Made by a program: the position numbers and the translations under genes. The notes below the pieces were generated by a model, which was given only the letters and a program-made list of their open reading frames with translations, had not been told where the DNA came from and did not search any database. This document shows positions 61,229 through 64,000 of a stretch of 64,000 nt of DNA, one piece after another; position 1 is the first letter of the stretch, and every line of letters begins with the position of its first letter. The stretch is from Botryllus schlosseri. Its lineage: Eukaryota. The DNA is taken from positions 29,886,001 through 29,950,000 of the forward strand of contig CM119372.1 in NCBI GenBank assembly GCA_051294905.1. Direction: 5' to 3'.

Positions 61229-61587
61229 CTCCCATCAAGGTTTCCGTAATTATTAATCCATGAATTTTCATCGGGTCGTATTGTCTGTTTATTCCATACT
61301 ATGAGTCGTCGTCGTTGTAATGAATTTTTCACAATGGCAGAATCTTGGGAGTCGTCAGAGTCCATATTGCTAGATGTTTCGTCCTCCGACGTCTCATCAT
61401 GGGATGTTTCATCACCGCGTGGAAGTTGCCTTTTGTACCAATTATGTTCTTGTTCGAAAAAGGTTTTTAACATCTCCATCAGTGATGTTAAACATCCTGT
61501 ATTTTTTTGTACATCAACTTTATCTAATTGACTCATCAATTTACAAAAAATAGCAGTATTATGATCCTGTACTTCAGATAGATACAT
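61198..61587 (-). CDS. hypothetical protein with acidic DETS repeats
   Basis: ATG ORF of 129 aa; DETSHDETSEDETS. Confidence 0.55.
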   Translation of the reverse strand: MYLSEVQDHNTAIFCKLMSQLDKVDVQKNTGCLTSLMEMLKTFFEQEHNWYKRQLPRGDETSHDETSEDETSSNMDSDDSQDSAIVKNSLQRRRLIVWNKQTIRPDENSWINNYGNLDGSCPKNTPPYV

Positions 61588-61838
61588 TTTATCCCTGTGA
61601 ATATAACAATAATGTGCAATAACAATAAAAGATCTTAATTCAAGATTTCAATGCATCAAATCCCGGTATTAGATATTATATAACACACATGTGAGTCATA
61701 ACACATTCAGCGTGTGCAACATGTAATATTTGATCTTCTTGTAAGAATTGCTCATGTCTCTTCAATATATACATTTATTAAATCATTTAAGTCACTGGCA
61801 TGTATAATTTCTGTATGTACCAACATCGACATTTAGTT

Positions 61839-62393
61839 TCATGCAGGCACTTTCAAAGTCATAAATTGACAATCAGCTTCTTTTAACGATATTTCCTGCG
61901 TCTTTGCCAATGCGTAGATCTGAACTTCCGGAAAGATTATCCACATTATGAGATCTCTTTCAGAATCTCCCTTTTTTAGAAATTCCCTCATTTCAGGATT
62001 TACTCTTTTCAAAATTGTTACCCAATTTATGCAGATTTCTGCACAAGCCATTTGTATAGGTTTTTCAGGGTAAATGCTTCCTGTATAAATTTCTTCCCAC
62101 TCATTTTCCACCAGATGTTTCCCAGGCCAATTATTGTTGAATGTAGTTACACCGTACTTTTGTTTCCAATATCGTAATCGTGGATTTAATTCATCGTACA
62201 TTATATCACGTAAGTGATCCGTTAATGTATATGTCATTAACAGAAACTTCAGCGACTTTAATCCTTTATCTATAAGTGTTTCTTTCTGGGGTATCCATGT
62301 CGAATGTTGTATCTCCGGATCATCACAACGCAATCCCAAACACATTTTGATACTTTTAGTAATATTTTTACCGTATTCTAATATATTAAACAT
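61839..62393 (-). CDS. hypothetical protein
   Basis: 184-aa ATG ORF in the co-oriented block; ATAAG just upstream. Confidence 0.65.
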   Translation of the reverse strand: MFNILEYGKNITKSIKMCLGLRCDDPEIQHSTWIPQKETLIDKGLKSLKFLLMTYTLTDHLRDIMYDELNPRLRYWKQKYGVTTFNNNWPGKHLVENEWEEIYTGSIYPEKPIQMACAEICINWVTILKRVNPEMREFLKKGDSERDLIMWIIFPEVQIYALAKTQEISLKEADCQFMTLKVPA

Positions 62394-62602
62394 ATCTTAT
62401 TAGTTGAAAAGAACAATACTGAATCAAAACCTCGAGATTCCATATTTTCTTCAAATTACATCAGTTCAATAGTGACTAGCCAAACAATAACGGCAAATGT
62501 ACCTGTTAAATGTATAGTTACACAATGGGATAGATTTTTCATCTTATCATAATATAATCTTGATTGTTTACGCACAAAGGGTCTTTTGGTAGATGTTTCA
62601 TT

Positions 62603-64000
62603 TGTTATGTTCTTGATCTTGTTTGAACAATAACTCAATGCGACGAGGTTGCAATACAGAATCAGTATATTATCAACAGAATAACTTTAAGGCAGCGACA
62701 CGATCCAGAGTGCAGTTAAATGAAAAGACGTAGAGAACAGAACACAAAGGGTATAAATACAAGCACGACACACGAGGAAATAATGATTGGAGGTAATTAC
62801 TAGTCCTATAGAAATTAGGAGTGAAACAACACTGAACGTAAATGCACGAACATAACAGTCCTCCCCTGTAAGTTAGAGGGTTGCCCACATTTACGTAGCT
62901 CTATAGAAATCGGTGGGTTTCCTATTCCTAAGAGGATAACGTCTACCCGACGTACGGGCAGGACTAGCTGCAGGATCTTGTGCCCTGTTCCTAACCAATG
63001 GTTGCTCAGCTTGTGACTGTTGCGGCTGAGCAACTTCCTGTGTAGCTTTATCATGACCAGTGGAAATCAAGCGTGGTTGGAGTTGGTTCTTGTGCCTTCT
63101 CCAATACCCATGATCTGTTTTTATAATGTACACAACACGCCCCAGTATTTCCGTCACCACGCCAGCAACCCACTTTGGTCCGCTTCGGTAACTGCGGGCG
63201 TAAACCGTGGAACCAATCTCGAAATGAGTGACTGATTGTCCAGGCGTAACGGATTTCGATTTGTCGAAGGGCGAGCACAGACTCAACAAATTGCGCGGCT
63301 GTCGACCATGTAAAATCTCGGCAGGCGTTTTCCAGTCTATGCCCGGGTGCGGTGCACATCGGTACGTAGCGAGAACTGTTTGGAGCGCGAAGCTGAGATC
63401 TTTTCCCCCGTCGCAATTTTTTATAATTCCAGCTTTTAAAGACTGGACGAATCGCTCCGCTTCCCCGTTCGAGGCAGGGTGAAAAGACGGTGATACGATA
63501 TGGCTGATTGCCAAATTAGAGCAAAACGTATCGAATTCATTCGATGTGAATTGCGGCCCGCCATCCGTGACAATTGTTATGGGCAAGCCTTCGATAGAGA
63601 AGACTTCCCTCAAAGCGTTGACCACACACAAGGTTGTGGTAGAACCGACATTCATTACTTTAACGAAAGGATATTTCGAATGCGCATCGACGATGACAAG
63701 AAACATTTTATTGTTTATTGGACCTGCTAAATCCAAGTGAATTCGTTCAAAGCTTTCAGAAGTTTTTGGCCATTCGCGATACTGACGATCAGGCGCTTTC
63801 ATTACCTTACGGCAAGCGTCGCAACTCTTCAAGAGATTTTCAATGTCGCGATTAATGGAAGGCCATGCGATGTAACGTCGAGCCATCTGCTTCATTTTCG
63901 CGATACCCCAATGTCCTTCGTGCAACAATGATAAGACTCGCGAGCGAAGTGACTGCGGAATTACTACGCGCTGAAAACCATCAATATTGAGCATGACTAT
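62603..64000 (-). mobile_element. second Gypsy copy of the same family (3' LTR 62603-62857, integrase), continuing beyond the window
   Basis: Diverged LTR TGTTATG...CATAACA, PPT, integrase highly similar to the C-terminal part of 51648-54896. Confidence 0.95.
62891..63994 (-). CDS. pol: Gypsy integrase (C-terminal part of pol)
   Basis: HEGH..CDAC, HLDL, VTDGGPQF, NGEAERFV. Confidence 0.95.
   Translation of the reverse strand: MLNIDGFQRVVIPQSLRSRVLSLLHEGHWGIAKMKQMARRYIAWPSINRDIENLLKSCDACRKVMKAPDRQYREWPKTSESFERIHLDLAGPINNKMFLVIVDAHSKYPFVKVMNVGSTTTLCVVNALREVFSIEGLPITIVTDGGPQFTSNEFDTFCSNLAISHIVSPSFHPASNGEAERFVQSLKAGIIKNCDGGKDLSFALQTVLATYRCAPHPGIDWKTPAEILHGRQPRNLLSLCSPFDKSKSVTPGQSVTHFEIGSTVYARSYRSGPKWVAGVVTEILGRVVYIIKTDHGYWRRHKNQLQPRLISTGHDKATQEVAQPQQSQAEQPLVRNRAQDPAASPARTSGRRYPLRNRKPTDFYRAT

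Overview
Eukaryotic, AT-rich, probably invertebrate genomic DNA made almost entirely of mobile elements; no host gene could be confidently identified. 1-12 kb: a decayed P-element/THAP9-like transposase and several MITEs. 12.2-17.3 kb (minus): a Gypsy-like retroelement (gag with CCHC, -1 frameshift signal, protease, RT, RNase H) whose Pol ends in an apparently complete Tpt1/KptA (RNA 2'-phosphotransferase) domain where the integrase would be expected. 17.4-30.8 kb: ~203-bp satellite arrays, local duplications, a tRNA-Leu(UAA) with decayed copies and two copies of a small orphan gene. 30.9-32.5 kb: 5' part of another LTR element with a tRNA-Ile PBS and a Gag-like ORF carrying PTAP, PPxY and YPxL late-domain motifs. 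33.9-62.6 kb: a co-oriented, intronless, virus-like gene block (3xBIR-RING IAP, Ubc4/5-like E2, a four-member orphan family, other orphans) broken by insertions that can be reversed exactly. These are a 13.5-kb Maverick/Polinton-terminated near-perfect palindrome (6.3-kb arms, 6-bp TSD) in the E2 gene, and a full-length Gypsy (5-bp TSD) in the IAP, itself interrupted by a CR1/L2-type LINE. A second copy of the Gypsy family lies at the right edge. All family calls come from motif recognition by eye; no database search was run.
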